Assembly (NCBI GenBank): GCA_028714495.1
Contig: JAQTMH010000002.1
Coordinates: 75,471-139,470, forward strand
From: Patescibacteria group bacterium
Lineage (GTDB): Bacteria > Patescibacteriota > Patescibacteriia > JAHIZJ01
Reading direction: 5' to 3'
Length of the DNA stretch: 64,000 nucleotides
Below are positions 16,254-24,482 of this stretch, piece by piece. Both the position numbers and the translations under genes were made by a program. The stretch's first letter is position 1; the number at the start of each line of letters is the position of its first letter. Below the pieces are notes generated by a model. It had not been told where the DNA came from, made no database searches, and saw nothing but the letters and a program-made list of their open reading frames with translations.

Positions 16254-16433
16254 ATGTGCCGCCGAAGGTCAAGAGGCAGCATTCCTGATCGAATCCGAGC
16301 TGCTGAGAATCGGGTGAGCCGACGTTTGCCCAGGGACAAGGCCGACCACATCCAGGCGCTCAACCGAATCATTCAGGGACGGCCACCCAGACCCGTGCCC
16401 TTCTCCGATCTCCGCCAACCCATCACCACCTAG
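16254..16433 (+). CDS. small basic Arg-rich protein (59 aa); alternatively the coding part of an sRNA
   Basis: GAAGGAGGGG Shine-Dalgarno 4-6 nt before the ATG. Translation: MCRRRSRGSIPDRIRAAENRVSRRLPRDKADHIQALNRIIQGRPPRPVPFSDLRQPITT. The 162-aa track ORF 15945..16433 shares this frame but its N-terminus covers the MraZ boxes and promoters, so only the last 59 codons are plausible. Confidence 0.45.
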   Translation: MCRRRSRGSIPDRIRAAENRVSRRLPRDKADHIQALNRIIQGRPPRPVPFSDLRQPITT

Positions 16434-16458
16434 CCCACCAGCGAGCGCAGCACAAAAA

Positions 16459-16500
16459 GCCATCCAAGCTTTCTAGCAAGGGTGGCTTCTTTTTTTATTA
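16459..16500 (+). terminator. intrinsic terminator (AGCCATCC-N14-GGGTGGCT then TCTTTTTTTATT)
   Basis: 8-bp stem with one G-U pair, followed by a T7 run, 25 nt after the small-ORF stop. Confidence 0.6.
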
Positions 16501-16536
16501 ATTATTACAAAAAACCATGACCAGCCGCTGGGGGGT

Positions 16537-16652
16537 CTGGGGGAAATCCTGAGCGTCAAGGTAGGCTATACAAAGTGGCTATGCTAATGAGAGCGAATAT
16601 TTCCCCCAGCAGTTCTTTTCTGTCACTTTTCTTGCTGTCAAGAAAAGTGACA
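16537..16652. repeat. two inverted-repeat structures downstream of murB: an 11-bp long-range pair and a perfect 14-4-14 palindrome
   Basis: CTGGGGGAAAT (16537-16547) pairs with ATTTCCCCCAG (16599-16609), enclosing 51 nt. The palindrome TGTCACTTTTCTTG-ctgt-CAAGAAAAGTGACA lies at 16621-16652. Confidence 0.6.
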
Positions 16653-16712
16653 AAATATTAACGCAAGTAAAAATGATAATCCTTGCCTATGTATATGTGA
16701 TATCAATATGTA

Positions 16713-17597
16713 TCAAAACCCAACCAGGTGTATTTCTTCGTGCAGTTCAATACCGTATTTTTCTTTGACCTTCTCTTTGATTAAGGCAATCAATTTAATC
16801 ACCTCGCTCGCTTTAGCTTGGCCGGCGTTAATAATAAAATTTGCGTGGGTTGATGATATTTGAGCATCCCCAATCCGTGTGCCTTTCAAACCCAGCTCAT
16901 CAATCAGCTTGGCCGCCGGATTGCCCGATGGATTTACGAAAACGCAGCCGGCCGAGGGTATCGAATAGTCTTGTTTGGCTGTGCGTTGTTTCGTATATTT
17001 ATCAACCAACGCCAGGCTCTCCACTTTATTTCCTGGTCGCAATTTAAAAGTTGCCGTCAAGATAATGTCATCAGAATGCTTAAATACGCTTTCACGATAA
17101 CCGAAAGCGCATTCTGACTTCGATAATATTGTCCGTCGATTACCAGCTGTTAATACTTCAACCGACTCCACGAATTCTTTCATTTCCGATCCAAAAGCTC
17201 CGGCATTGCCTCGAATCGCGCCGCCGATTGTTCCAGGAATGCCCGAAGCAAATTCAAGGCCGGCCAAACCCTGATTGATAGTCCAAATCACAAACTCTCC
17301 CAAACCCGCTCCGGCAGCAACCGTAACCAGGTTATTATTTTTTGTCCTCTCAGTTGTTTCGACAGAAATTACTAGGCCTTTTATCCCCTTATCCGCTACC
17401 AGAATATTGCTCCCCCTCCCCAGGATAAAGAGAGGCAGTTGAAGCTGACGCGCGGCAATAATCGCTTTTACTAAATCATCTGTTGTCTTGGTCCGATAAA
17501 AAAATTCGGCCGGGCCGCCTATCCGGTAAGTGGTGTGCCGGGACATCGGCTCGTTCTCGATAACGCCAGTTAATTTTTGGGTGATATCAATCGGCAT
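16713..17597 (-). CDS. murB: UDP-N-acetylenolpyruvoylglucosamine reductase
   Basis: FAD-binding domain (YRIGGPAEFF...LGRGSNILV) and MurB C-terminal domain. Confidence 0.9.
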   Translation of the reverse strand: MPIDITQKLTGVIENEPMSRHTTYRIGGPAEFFYRTKTTDDLVKAIIAARQLQLPLFILGRGSNILVADKGIKGLVISVETTERTKNNNLVTVAAGAGLGEFVIWTINQGLAGLEFASGIPGTIGGAIRGNAGAFGSEMKEFVESVEVLTAGNRRTILSKSECAFGYRESVFKHSDDIILTATFKLRPGNKVESLALVDKYTKQRTAKQDYSIPSAGCVFVNPSGNPAAKLIDELGLKGTRIGDAQISSTHANFIINAGQAKASEVIKLIALIKEKVKEKYGIELHEEIHLVGF

Positions 17598-17601
17598 TAA
17601 A

Positions 17602-18963
17602 TTATTTTTTTATAACCAGTTCGCGCGCCAGATTGTCAATTGTGCCAGCGCCCATCACTAAAATTAAATCGCGCGGAGATACTATCTTCTTTATTAGGTG
17701 CTTGGCCGCATGGAAGTCCTTGGCGAATTGTGCGTCCCGGCCCGATTTCTTAATCGCCTCGGCTAATTGAAACGAGCTTATGCGCGTGCTTCCGGTTTCT
17801 CGTCCGGCTACGTCATAGATTTCAGTCAAAATAACCTTATCGGCCGAAGCGAAGGCGTGGGCGAATTCATGAAAAAGCTTTTTTGTGCGACTGCGCTGGT
17901 GGGGCTGGAATACCGCAATAATTCTACGGCCGGGATGGGCTTCTCGAGCTGATTCCAGCGTCGCCTTGAGCTCAGTTGGGTGGTGGGCATAATCAGAAAT
18001 AACCAAAGCCCCCTGGAATTTTCCCACCAGCTCAAACCTTCGCCAGACGCCGGTGAAATGAGTCAGACTTTTTTTGATTATCTCCGGCGGAATTCCCAAT
18101 TTATGGGCGCAGGCAATGACCGCCAAGGCGTTTAGGACATTGTGGCGTCCGGCCAAACCCAGCTCGACCTGACCCAGGTGTTTTTCGATAAACACCGCCC
18201 GGCGTCCATAGCGTATTTTCTCGGCTCGGTATTCGCCCTGATTTATACCGTAGGTCACAACCGGAACTTTTATTGTTTTAAGGGCTGATTGAACAATCTG
18301 GTCATCAGCGTTGGCCACAATAAAGCCCTTTCGATCAACATTTTTTAAAAATTGCGTAAAGGTCTCCTGGATATCCCTCAAATCCCGATAGACATCTAAA
18401 TGATCAGGTTCAATGTTGGTTACAATCGCCACCCGAGGCCGGTAATTCAAAAAGGCTCGGCCGTACTCGTCAGCTTCCAGCACGTACGTATCGCTTTTGC
18501 CCAATCTGGCGTTTCCGTCAAATTTAGGTACTAAGCTGCCGACAATGATTGTCGGATCCCAATCAGCCTTGACCAATACCTGGCCCAAAAGCGCCGTCGT
18601 GGTGGTTTTGCCGTGAGTGCCTGAAACTGTAATTAGCTTTTTCCTTCTGGTTAATTCGCCCAGCGCCGCCGGGTAGGACAATAAAGTCAGTTTCCTTTTT
18701 TTCGCTTCCAGCAGTTCGGGATGATCGTTCGGAATAGCCAAGCTGTGGATCACCACTTCAGTCTCTCGGGATATATGCGTCGGTTTGGGCTGGCCGATGT
18801 GAATTTGGATGCCGAGCTGTTTCAAACTTTCGGTCACGGCGCCGCGAACTAGATCTGAGCCGATAACCTTTTTTCCCCGCCAGTGAAGCAGCCGTGCTAA
18901 AGCCGAAAGTCCGATGCCGCCAATGCCGATGCAAAAAATATTTTTTGCCGAATTAAGATTCAT
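17602..18963 (-). CDS. murC: UDP-N-acetylmuramate--L-alanine ligase
   Basis: FCIGIGGIGLSALARLL Rossmann N-terminus, GTHGKTTTT P-loop and Mur ligase domains. Confidence 0.9.
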   Translation of the reverse strand: MNLNSAKNIFCIGIGGIGLSALARLLHWRGKKVIGSDLVRGAVTESLKQLGIQIHIGQPKPTHISRETEVVIHSLAIPNDHPELLEAKKRKLTLLSYPAALGELTRRKKLITVSGTHGKTTTTALLGQVLVKADWDPTIIVGSLVPKFDGNARLGKSDTYVLEADEYGRAFLNYRPRVAIVTNIEPDHLDVYRDLRDIQETFTQFLKNVDRKGFIVANADDQIVQSALKTIKVPVVTYGINQGEYRAEKIRYGRRAVFIEKHLGQVELGLAGRHNVLNALAVIACAHKLGIPPEIIKKSLTHFTGVWRRFELVGKFQGALVISDYAHHPTELKATLESAREAHPGRRIIAVFQPHQRSRTKKLFHEFAHAFASADKVILTEIYDVAGRETGSTRISSFQLAEAIKKSGRDAQFAKDFHAAKHLIKKIVSPRDLILVMGAGTIDNLARELVIKK

Positions 18964-20030
18964 TTTGGTTTCTTGATTAACGACAGAAGCTTGTCGGCCA
19001 GTATTTCTCTGGCTTCAGGTTTGACCAGCTGACGGATGTTCTTGCTCAAAACTCGCCGCCATTCCATGTTTGAAAGAAGACCGTGGATAACATTGACCAA
19101 AAAATCCGGATCAACGGTCGACTGGTCCAACACCACCGCGGCATTGGCTCGCTTAAAAACCGCCGCGTTGGCTTCCTGGTGGGTATCCGGCATCGGTATG
19201 ATTATTGCCGGTAAACCGACGGCCGCAACCTCGGTTAAGCTGCCCAAGCCGGCCCGGCAAAGTACGATATCAGCAACGGCGAAGGCCTCCTTCATCTCGC
19301 CAACTAGAAATTCATAACCGTGATAGCGTTCTTCTTTGATTTTGTACATCATTTTTTCCTTACCAAATAGATGGACGACTTGGCAGAACTTTGTCAGTTT
19401 AAAAATCATTTCCATCATCATTTCATTTATTTTCTGGGCACCGGTTCCGCCGCCAAACACCAGCACTGTGGGTAAACTCGGATCTAGGCCAAAATCTTTT
19501 TGCCCGGCGTCACGACTCCCGGTCAGGAGTTCCTCTCTGATTGGATTCCCCACCCAGATTGTCTTCTCTTTAGGGAAATTCTTCAGGGAAGATTCAAAAG
19601 TTACGGTAATGAGAGTCGCGATTCGCTGGAGCATTTTATTGGCCAAACTCGGAATTACATCCTGCTGGTGGATAAGCGCGGGTATATGCAGAAACCAGGC
19701 CGCCCAGACTACCGGTACGCTGACAAAACTGCCAGCCGCCAAAATCACCTCGGGTCGGTACTCTTTAAGTATTTTCAACGACTGAAAAAAACCGGCCAAA
19801 ACCCGAAATGGATCTATAAAGTTTCTCCAGGAAAAATAGCGCCTCAGCTTCCCCGCTGAAATTGCCTGAAAACCTATCCCTTTCTCCCTGACTAAATTAC
19901 CCTCTGGACCATACTGCGTTCCAATAAACAAAAAATCCGCTTCTGGATATTTCTCACTAATTTCATCGGCGACGGCCAGGAGTGGCGTGGCTGAGCCACC
20001 GGTTCCGCCGCCGGCAAAAATGATTTTCAT
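18960..20030 (-). CDS. murG: undecaprenyldiphospho-muramoylpentapeptide beta-N-acetylglucosaminyltransferase
   Basis: MKIIFAGGGTGGSATP (GT28 N-terminal glycine-rich motif); C-terminal GT28 domain with GLPAIIIP...HQEANA. Confidence 0.9.
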   Translation of the reverse strand: MKIIFAGGGTGGSATPLLAVADEISEKYPEADFLFIGTQYGPEGNLVREKGIGFQAISAGKLRRYFSWRNFIDPFRVLAGFFQSLKILKEYRPEVILAAGSFVSVPVVWAAWFLHIPALIHQQDVIPSLANKMLQRIATLITVTFESSLKNFPKEKTIWVGNPIREELLTGSRDAGQKDFGLDPSLPTVLVFGGGTGAQKINEMMMEMIFKLTKFCQVVHLFGKEKMMYKIKEERYHGYEFLVGEMKEAFAVADIVLCRAGLGSLTEVAAVGLPAIIIPMPDTHQEANAAVFKRANAAVVLDQSTVDPDFLVNVIHGLLSNMEWRRVLSKNIRQLVKPEAREILADKLLSLIKKPK

Positions 20031-20069
20031 AATTCAAATATACTAAAAAGGTGGATTTTTTAAAGTTAT

Positions 20070-21218
20070 TTATCGTTTTCGAGAGGTAGAAACGACCGCC
20101 TGGCCTTGTCTTGAGATATTAACCAAAACTCCCATCGCCGTCAATGAAGTCACTATCGCCGTGCTGCCGTGGCTAATGAACGGCAAGGGAATGCCGGAGA
20201 TAGGCACAATTCCAACCATGGCGGCGATATTAAAGAATGCTTGGAAAGAAATCCAGGTAACTATGCCAATCGCCACGTATTTACCAAAGGCATCCGGCGC
20301 CTGCCGGGCAATTTTAAATCCGCGAATCATCAGTACCACAAACAACACAATTAAGAAAAGGCAAAAGATGAATCCAAGTTCCTCGGCAATCACCGCGAAA
20401 ATCGAATCCCCCGCGGCCTCCGGCAAATAATTATACTTCTGGCGCGAATGCCCCAAGCCTAAGCCAAAGAGCCCGCCCGACCCAATAGCCAAAAGCGCCT
20501 GATTGATATGATAGCCGATGCCCTGGGGATCCACTTCGGGATGGAGAAAAACCGTAAAACGGGCGGCGCGATAGGGCGCGATTTTTATCAGCAACAGAAA
20601 CAATCCGACGCTGGCACCGCCAAGCCAGGTTACATGAACCAAATTGGCTCCGGCGATAAAAAAAACCGTTACCGCCATAAAGCATAAAACAAGCATCGTA
20701 CTGAAATCTGGCTCAAGGATGATCAGACCGGCCACCAATCCCAACAAAACCAAAAACGGCAAAAAGCCATATGAGAAACTCTTCAAGCCCTCTCCTCTTT
20801 TTTGCAGCCAAGTGGCTAAATAGAAAAGAAAAGTCAATTTTGCCAGCTCAGCCGGCTGTAAAGTAAAGCCTCCCAGATTTATCCAGCGATTGGCGCCCTT
20901 CAAGCCCAGTCCAAGGCCGGGAATGAAAACAACAATCAGCAACCCGATCGTAATAATGAGCAAAGGAAAGGCCAGTTTTTCCCAGAGATGATAATCCAGC
21001 CTTGCCGCCAGCCAAAAACCAAAGGCGCCGATCAATACGCCGTAAACCAACTGATGCTTGAGGTAGTAATTGCTGTCGCCAAACCGTTCATATCCGATAA
21101 CGGTGCTAGCCGAAGAAAGTAAAATAATCCCCAAAAAAACAATCAACGCCAAAACAGCTATGAGAATATAGTCTGGAGCGTGATAGCGACTATTAGTCCT
21201 GTTTTGGGTGGGACGCAT
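20070..21218 (-). CDS. ftsW: SEDS-family peptidoglycan glycosyltransferase FtsW/RodA
   Basis: 10-TM protein with the GxxGxxLG...LPEAxxDxIF SEDS signature; located within the dcw fragment. Confidence 0.88.
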   Translation of the reverse strand: MRPTQNRTNSRYHAPDYILIAVLALIVFLGIILLSSASTVIGYERFGDSNYYLKHQLVYGVLIGAFGFWLAARLDYHLWEKLAFPLLIITIGLLIVVFIPGLGLGLKGANRWINLGGFTLQPAELAKLTFLFYLATWLQKRGEGLKSFSYGFLPFLVLLGLVAGLIILEPDFSTMLVLCFMAVTVFFIAGANLVHVTWLGGASVGLFLLLIKIAPYRAARFTVFLHPEVDPQGIGYHINQALLAIGSGGLFGLGLGHSRQKYNYLPEAAGDSIFAVIAEELGFIFCLFLIVLFVVLMIRGFKIARQAPDAFGKYVAIGIVTWISFQAFFNIAAMVGIVPISGIPLPFISHGSTAIVTSLTAMGVLVNISRQGQAVVSTSRKR

Positions 21219-21219
21219 T

Positions 21220-22605
21220 CTACGTTAAGTCTTTTACCGCTTGAAGATATTTTTCTCCGCGGTCAAATTCATTGTTAAATAAATTGAAACTGGCCGCGGC
21301 CGGCGAAAGCAACACCGTATCGCCGGGTTCAGCCAATTGGAAGGCCTTTCGCACGGCCAGGTTCATGTTTTTGGCTAGATGGACAGGCGTTTTTTTAACG
21401 GCTTGGCGGATTTTTTTAGAGGCTGTGCCAGGTAAAAGCACCAGTGACTTGGCCAGGCGATCAATCAAACGCCCTAGCTCGCGATAATCCAACCCCTTGT
21501 CCTGCCCGCCGGCGATTAATATTATCTGTCGGCCGGGGCTAAGAGCTTTCAAAGCGGCCAGCGTGGCAATCGGCGCCGTGGCGGTTGTGTCATTTACAAA
21601 AGTCACGCCTTTAAATCTTCGCGCTGTCTCAAGCCTGCTGCCCACGCTTTTGAATCGCCGAATGCTCGCGCTGATGATCTGATCCGGAACCTTGAGCGAC
21701 CGGGTTAAAGCCACGGCCGCCAAAACATTTTCCAGATTATGCTCGCCCAGCAAATGAACTCCTGAAACTGGCAATATCGGCTGAAACTTCTTGGTTGTAC
21801 CAAAAACAATATTACCCTCATTAACAAACGCCCCTCGCGCGGCCGGACTGGTAAACGGCCTTTTGGAAAACCAAATAACCTGGCTCCTGGCTTGGTTGCT
21901 CAGCTTGCGCGTTATCCGATTGTCATAGTTTAAAACAATCAGATCTCCGGGTTTCTGAAAGCGAAAGATAATTCCCTTAGCCTGGGCATAAGCATTGAAC
22001 GAAGAATACCGATTGAGGTGGTCAGGCAATACGTTGGTAATTAAAGCGTATCTGGGGCTTACCTTGCGCCTAACCAATCCCTCAAGCTGCCAGGAAGAAA
22101 GTTCTAATACGACTTTTGTATTCTTGTCGATCTTGGGCAGAATATCGAGCATGGCCGCGGTCCGGATATTGCCGGCCACAATCGTTCTGGGAAAAAACTT
22201 TTTTAATATTTCACCGACTAAAGTGGTAACTGTACTTTTGCCCTTGGTTCCGGTAATGCCGATCACCGGCACTTTCACCAGCTCAAAAAATATTCCGGCC
22301 TCGTTTTCAATCGGTACTCCGGCCTTCCTGGCTAACTTTAAATAAGGCGAATCATTCGGCACGCCCGGGTTTTGGACGACTAAATCAGTCTCTCGAAAAT
22401 CCTCTACCCGGTGCCGGCCCAGGACGTATTTAATCGGCCACCCCTTAAGCTTTTCCAGAGACGGCATTAAAACAACTTCCGATCGCAAATCAGTAGCCGT
22501 AACCTTAGCTCCAGCCCTGGCAAAAAACCTGGTTACCGCCACTCCCCCGCCGTGCAAGCCCAGGCCCATGACTGTTACCTTTTTATCTTTCCAATTGAGT
22601 TTCAT
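21220..22605 (-). CDS. murD: UDP-N-acetylmuramoylalanine--D-glutamate ligase
   Basis: KVTVMGLGLHGGGVAVTRFF N-terminus and GITGTKGKSTVTT P-loop. Confidence 0.9.
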   Translation of the reverse strand: MKLNWKDKKVTVMGLGLHGGGVAVTRFFARAGAKVTATDLRSEVVLMPSLEKLKGWPIKYVLGRHRVEDFRETDLVVQNPGVPNDSPYLKLARKAGVPIENEAGIFFELVKVPVIGITGTKGKSTVTTLVGEILKKFFPRTIVAGNIRTAAMLDILPKIDKNTKVVLELSSWQLEGLVRRKVSPRYALITNVLPDHLNRYSSFNAYAQAKGIIFRFQKPGDLIVLNYDNRITRKLSNQARSQVIWFSKRPFTSPAARGAFVNEGNIVFGTTKKFQPILPVSGVHLLGEHNLENVLAAVALTRSLKVPDQIISASIRRFKSVGSRLETARRFKGVTFVNDTTATAPIATLAALKALSPGRQIILIAGGQDKGLDYRELGRLIDRLAKSLVLLPGTASKKIRQAVKKTPVHLAKNMNLAVRKAFQLAEPGDTVLLSPAAASFNLFNNEFDRGEKYLQAVKDLT

Positions 22606-22671
22606 CTCTATGATTATAGCCTAATTCGATAAAAAAATAAACTGTTTTGAGAATAAATACAAAATTCTGGT

Positions 22672-23170
22672 TTATATTATTTCATAGATTAATTTTTCGT
22701 TGATATAAAGGTATGGATATTTTTCACCCTCTTTCACTAGGCCATGCTTCACAGGGTTGATACGCAAATATTCAACGTGACGGTTAAAATCTTCTTCGTC
22801 GCGAATAATGTGGTCGTGGAAAGAAGATTGCCAAATTCCTCCCTGCAGGCGAGGATGGCCATCCTCGCCTACGAGTTTCCGTGATATCAGCGTGCGAATG
22901 TTTCGCGACGAGTGTCTTTTTAAATAATGCATGAAATCCGATATTGTATATTTCCCAAAAGGTTGTACTAACAAATGTACGTGATCGGGTATTACTACAT
23001 AACCAAAAAATATTGCATCTCTTATATATTCGCGCCATACGAATAACCTCAATTAAATACTCCACCAATATTAGATTCCTAAAATATGGGTAATTTTCTT
23101 TTGTCTTTGTGGTCACAAAATATATCGCGTTTTCTAGGTAATATCGTTTTTGGCTGTTTTTGTATAACAT
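22672..23170 (-). mobile_element. IS200/IS605-type HuH (Y1) transposase gene (PF01797-like), split by a frameshift, so likely a pseudogene
   Basis: The N-terminal 47 codons from 23170 (YYLENAIYFVTTKTKENYPYF...LIEVIR) are in one frame. The HuH/Tyr region (PDHVHLLV...GGIWQSSFHDHIIRDEEDFNRHVEYLRINPVKHGLV) is in another frame, beginning at a TTG at 23052 just after a TAA. The shift is at about 23030-23052. A small hairpin (CAGGG-N8-CCCTG) sits at 23177-23194 on the 5' side. Confidence 0.7.
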
Positions 23171-23260
23171 AAAACAGGGTGGAGTCTCCCTGCTGTATAT
23201 TCAGAGTACATACTTTTTTATGGAGTGGCAAGACGTGAATAGCCCGTCGAGTGTCTTCAG

Positions 23261-23752
23261 CTAGACATTAACTAACTGCTGCTGAATTTCCGAAAGCGGG
23301 CTCTCCATATCCAGAGTGATGTACTCCAGGCCCGCACTTTTCAATTGCTTTATATGCTCATCTGGAAAATCCCGCTGAAGCCGGCGCTCCATCGCCTCCA
23401 TGTCATCGCCCCGAGCCCGAATCTTTATCCGCGCGCGGCAGGTCTCAACTGAGGCAGTGCATAGATAAACTCGAACTTCAAATTGCTGGCTTAGTTTTTT
23501 CAGTTCCTTGATATTAAACTCGGCGTGGTTTGTTCCCAGCTCTAGAATAACTAAAGCGTCATTTAATGACTCTAAATGACGATACATATCTTGATAGGCG
23601 TTTAGAGTTTTTTCTTCCGGAACTCGGCCATTCACTTTATACGACCAGACATAGGGCTGGACATCGATGATTTTCTGGTCTGGAAAAACCTTGTTTATTA
23701 ATGTTGTTTTGCCTACCCCAGGCTTTCCAATAAAAACCAATAGCTTTTTCAT
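23261..23752 (-). CDS. P-loop NTPase / small kinase-like protein, hypothetical
   Basis: GKPGVGKTT Walker A at residues 9-17. 163 aa. 4-bp overlap with the upstream GT2 gene. Confidence 0.6.
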   Translation of the reverse strand: MKKLLVFIGKPGVGKTTLINKVFPDQKIIDVQPYVWSYKVNGRVPEEKTLNAYQDMYRHLESLNDALVILELGTNHAEFNIKELKKLSQQFEVRVYLCTASVETCRARIKIRARGDDMEAMERRLQRDFPDEHIKQLKSAGLEYITLDMESPLSEIQQQLVNV

Positions 23753-24471
23753 TTTATAAACTTTGGTTTGTAATAAATCTTATGCGTCTTCATCACATAG
23801 TCGGACCAGCGGCGACGGATTGTCTGCTCTATCTTGAATCGTTTATCCAGACGCTTTCTTTCCCCCGCCGCCTTATAACCGCTGATTGTCGCCTTAATGT
23901 CTTTTAGATAGAACCAGCGGAAGCCCGCCAGGTATGCGCGACGACAATAGTCTGCGTCTTCACTGCGACAGCTTTTATCAAAGAAATAGCCGACCTTATA
24001 AAAAACCTTTTTGGAAAAAGAGAAAAAACAGCCAGCCAGGTTCCAAAACGGCCGGGGGTCGAGGTAATGCCGGCCGTTTTTCACAAACGGGTAACCGGTC
24101 ATATAGGTGTAGGCTCCGAGAATAACTTGGTTGTTCCAGTCACGATGAGCCTGTCTTAAAATATTAGGCCAATTCTTGGTTTTAACCGTCACATCATTGT
24201 CGATAATCGTGTAATAATCCATCCTGGGAAATTTCTTCAGGACTAGATTAAGGCATCGTGGTTTGCCGAGATTTTTATTGTTCCGGATGAGAACAACTTC
24301 CGGGTGTTTGTCTTCGAATCTTTGAAGATATACCTTTGTTGATATTGAACTTGCGTCGTCAATAACACACAATATATTCTTTTTTAAATCAGTTGTGGCA
24401 ACTAAAGATTCCAGACAACGCTTGGTTAAACCTGGCTTATTGAATACTGTAACGATAATGCAGTGTTTCAT
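23749..24471 (-). CDS. glycosyltransferase family 2
   Basis: GT-A N-terminus IIVTVFNKPGLTKRCLESL..., CVIDDASS and DNDV (DxD) motifs. Confidence 0.8.
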   Translation of the reverse strand: MKHCIIVTVFNKPGLTKRCLESLVATTDLKKNILCVIDDASSISTKVYLQRFEDKHPEVVLIRNNKNLGKPRCLNLVLKKFPRMDYYTIIDNDVTVKTKNWPNILRQAHRDWNNQVILGAYTYMTGYPFVKNGRHYLDPRPFWNLAGCFFSFSKKVFYKVGYFFDKSCRSEDADYCRRAYLAGFRWFYLKDIKATISGYKAAGERKRLDKRFKIEQTIRRRWSDYVMKTHKIYYKPKFIK

Positions 24472-24482
24472 TTATACCAAAC

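Noticed and set aside
15945-16433. 162-aa ORF (plus) spanning the mraZ-murB gap
   Set aside because: Its first 100 codons run through the Pmra promoter, the MraZ boxes and a second consensus promoter. Only the last 59 codons, from the ATG at 16254 with a strong SD, are plausible. These are reported as a separate small gene.
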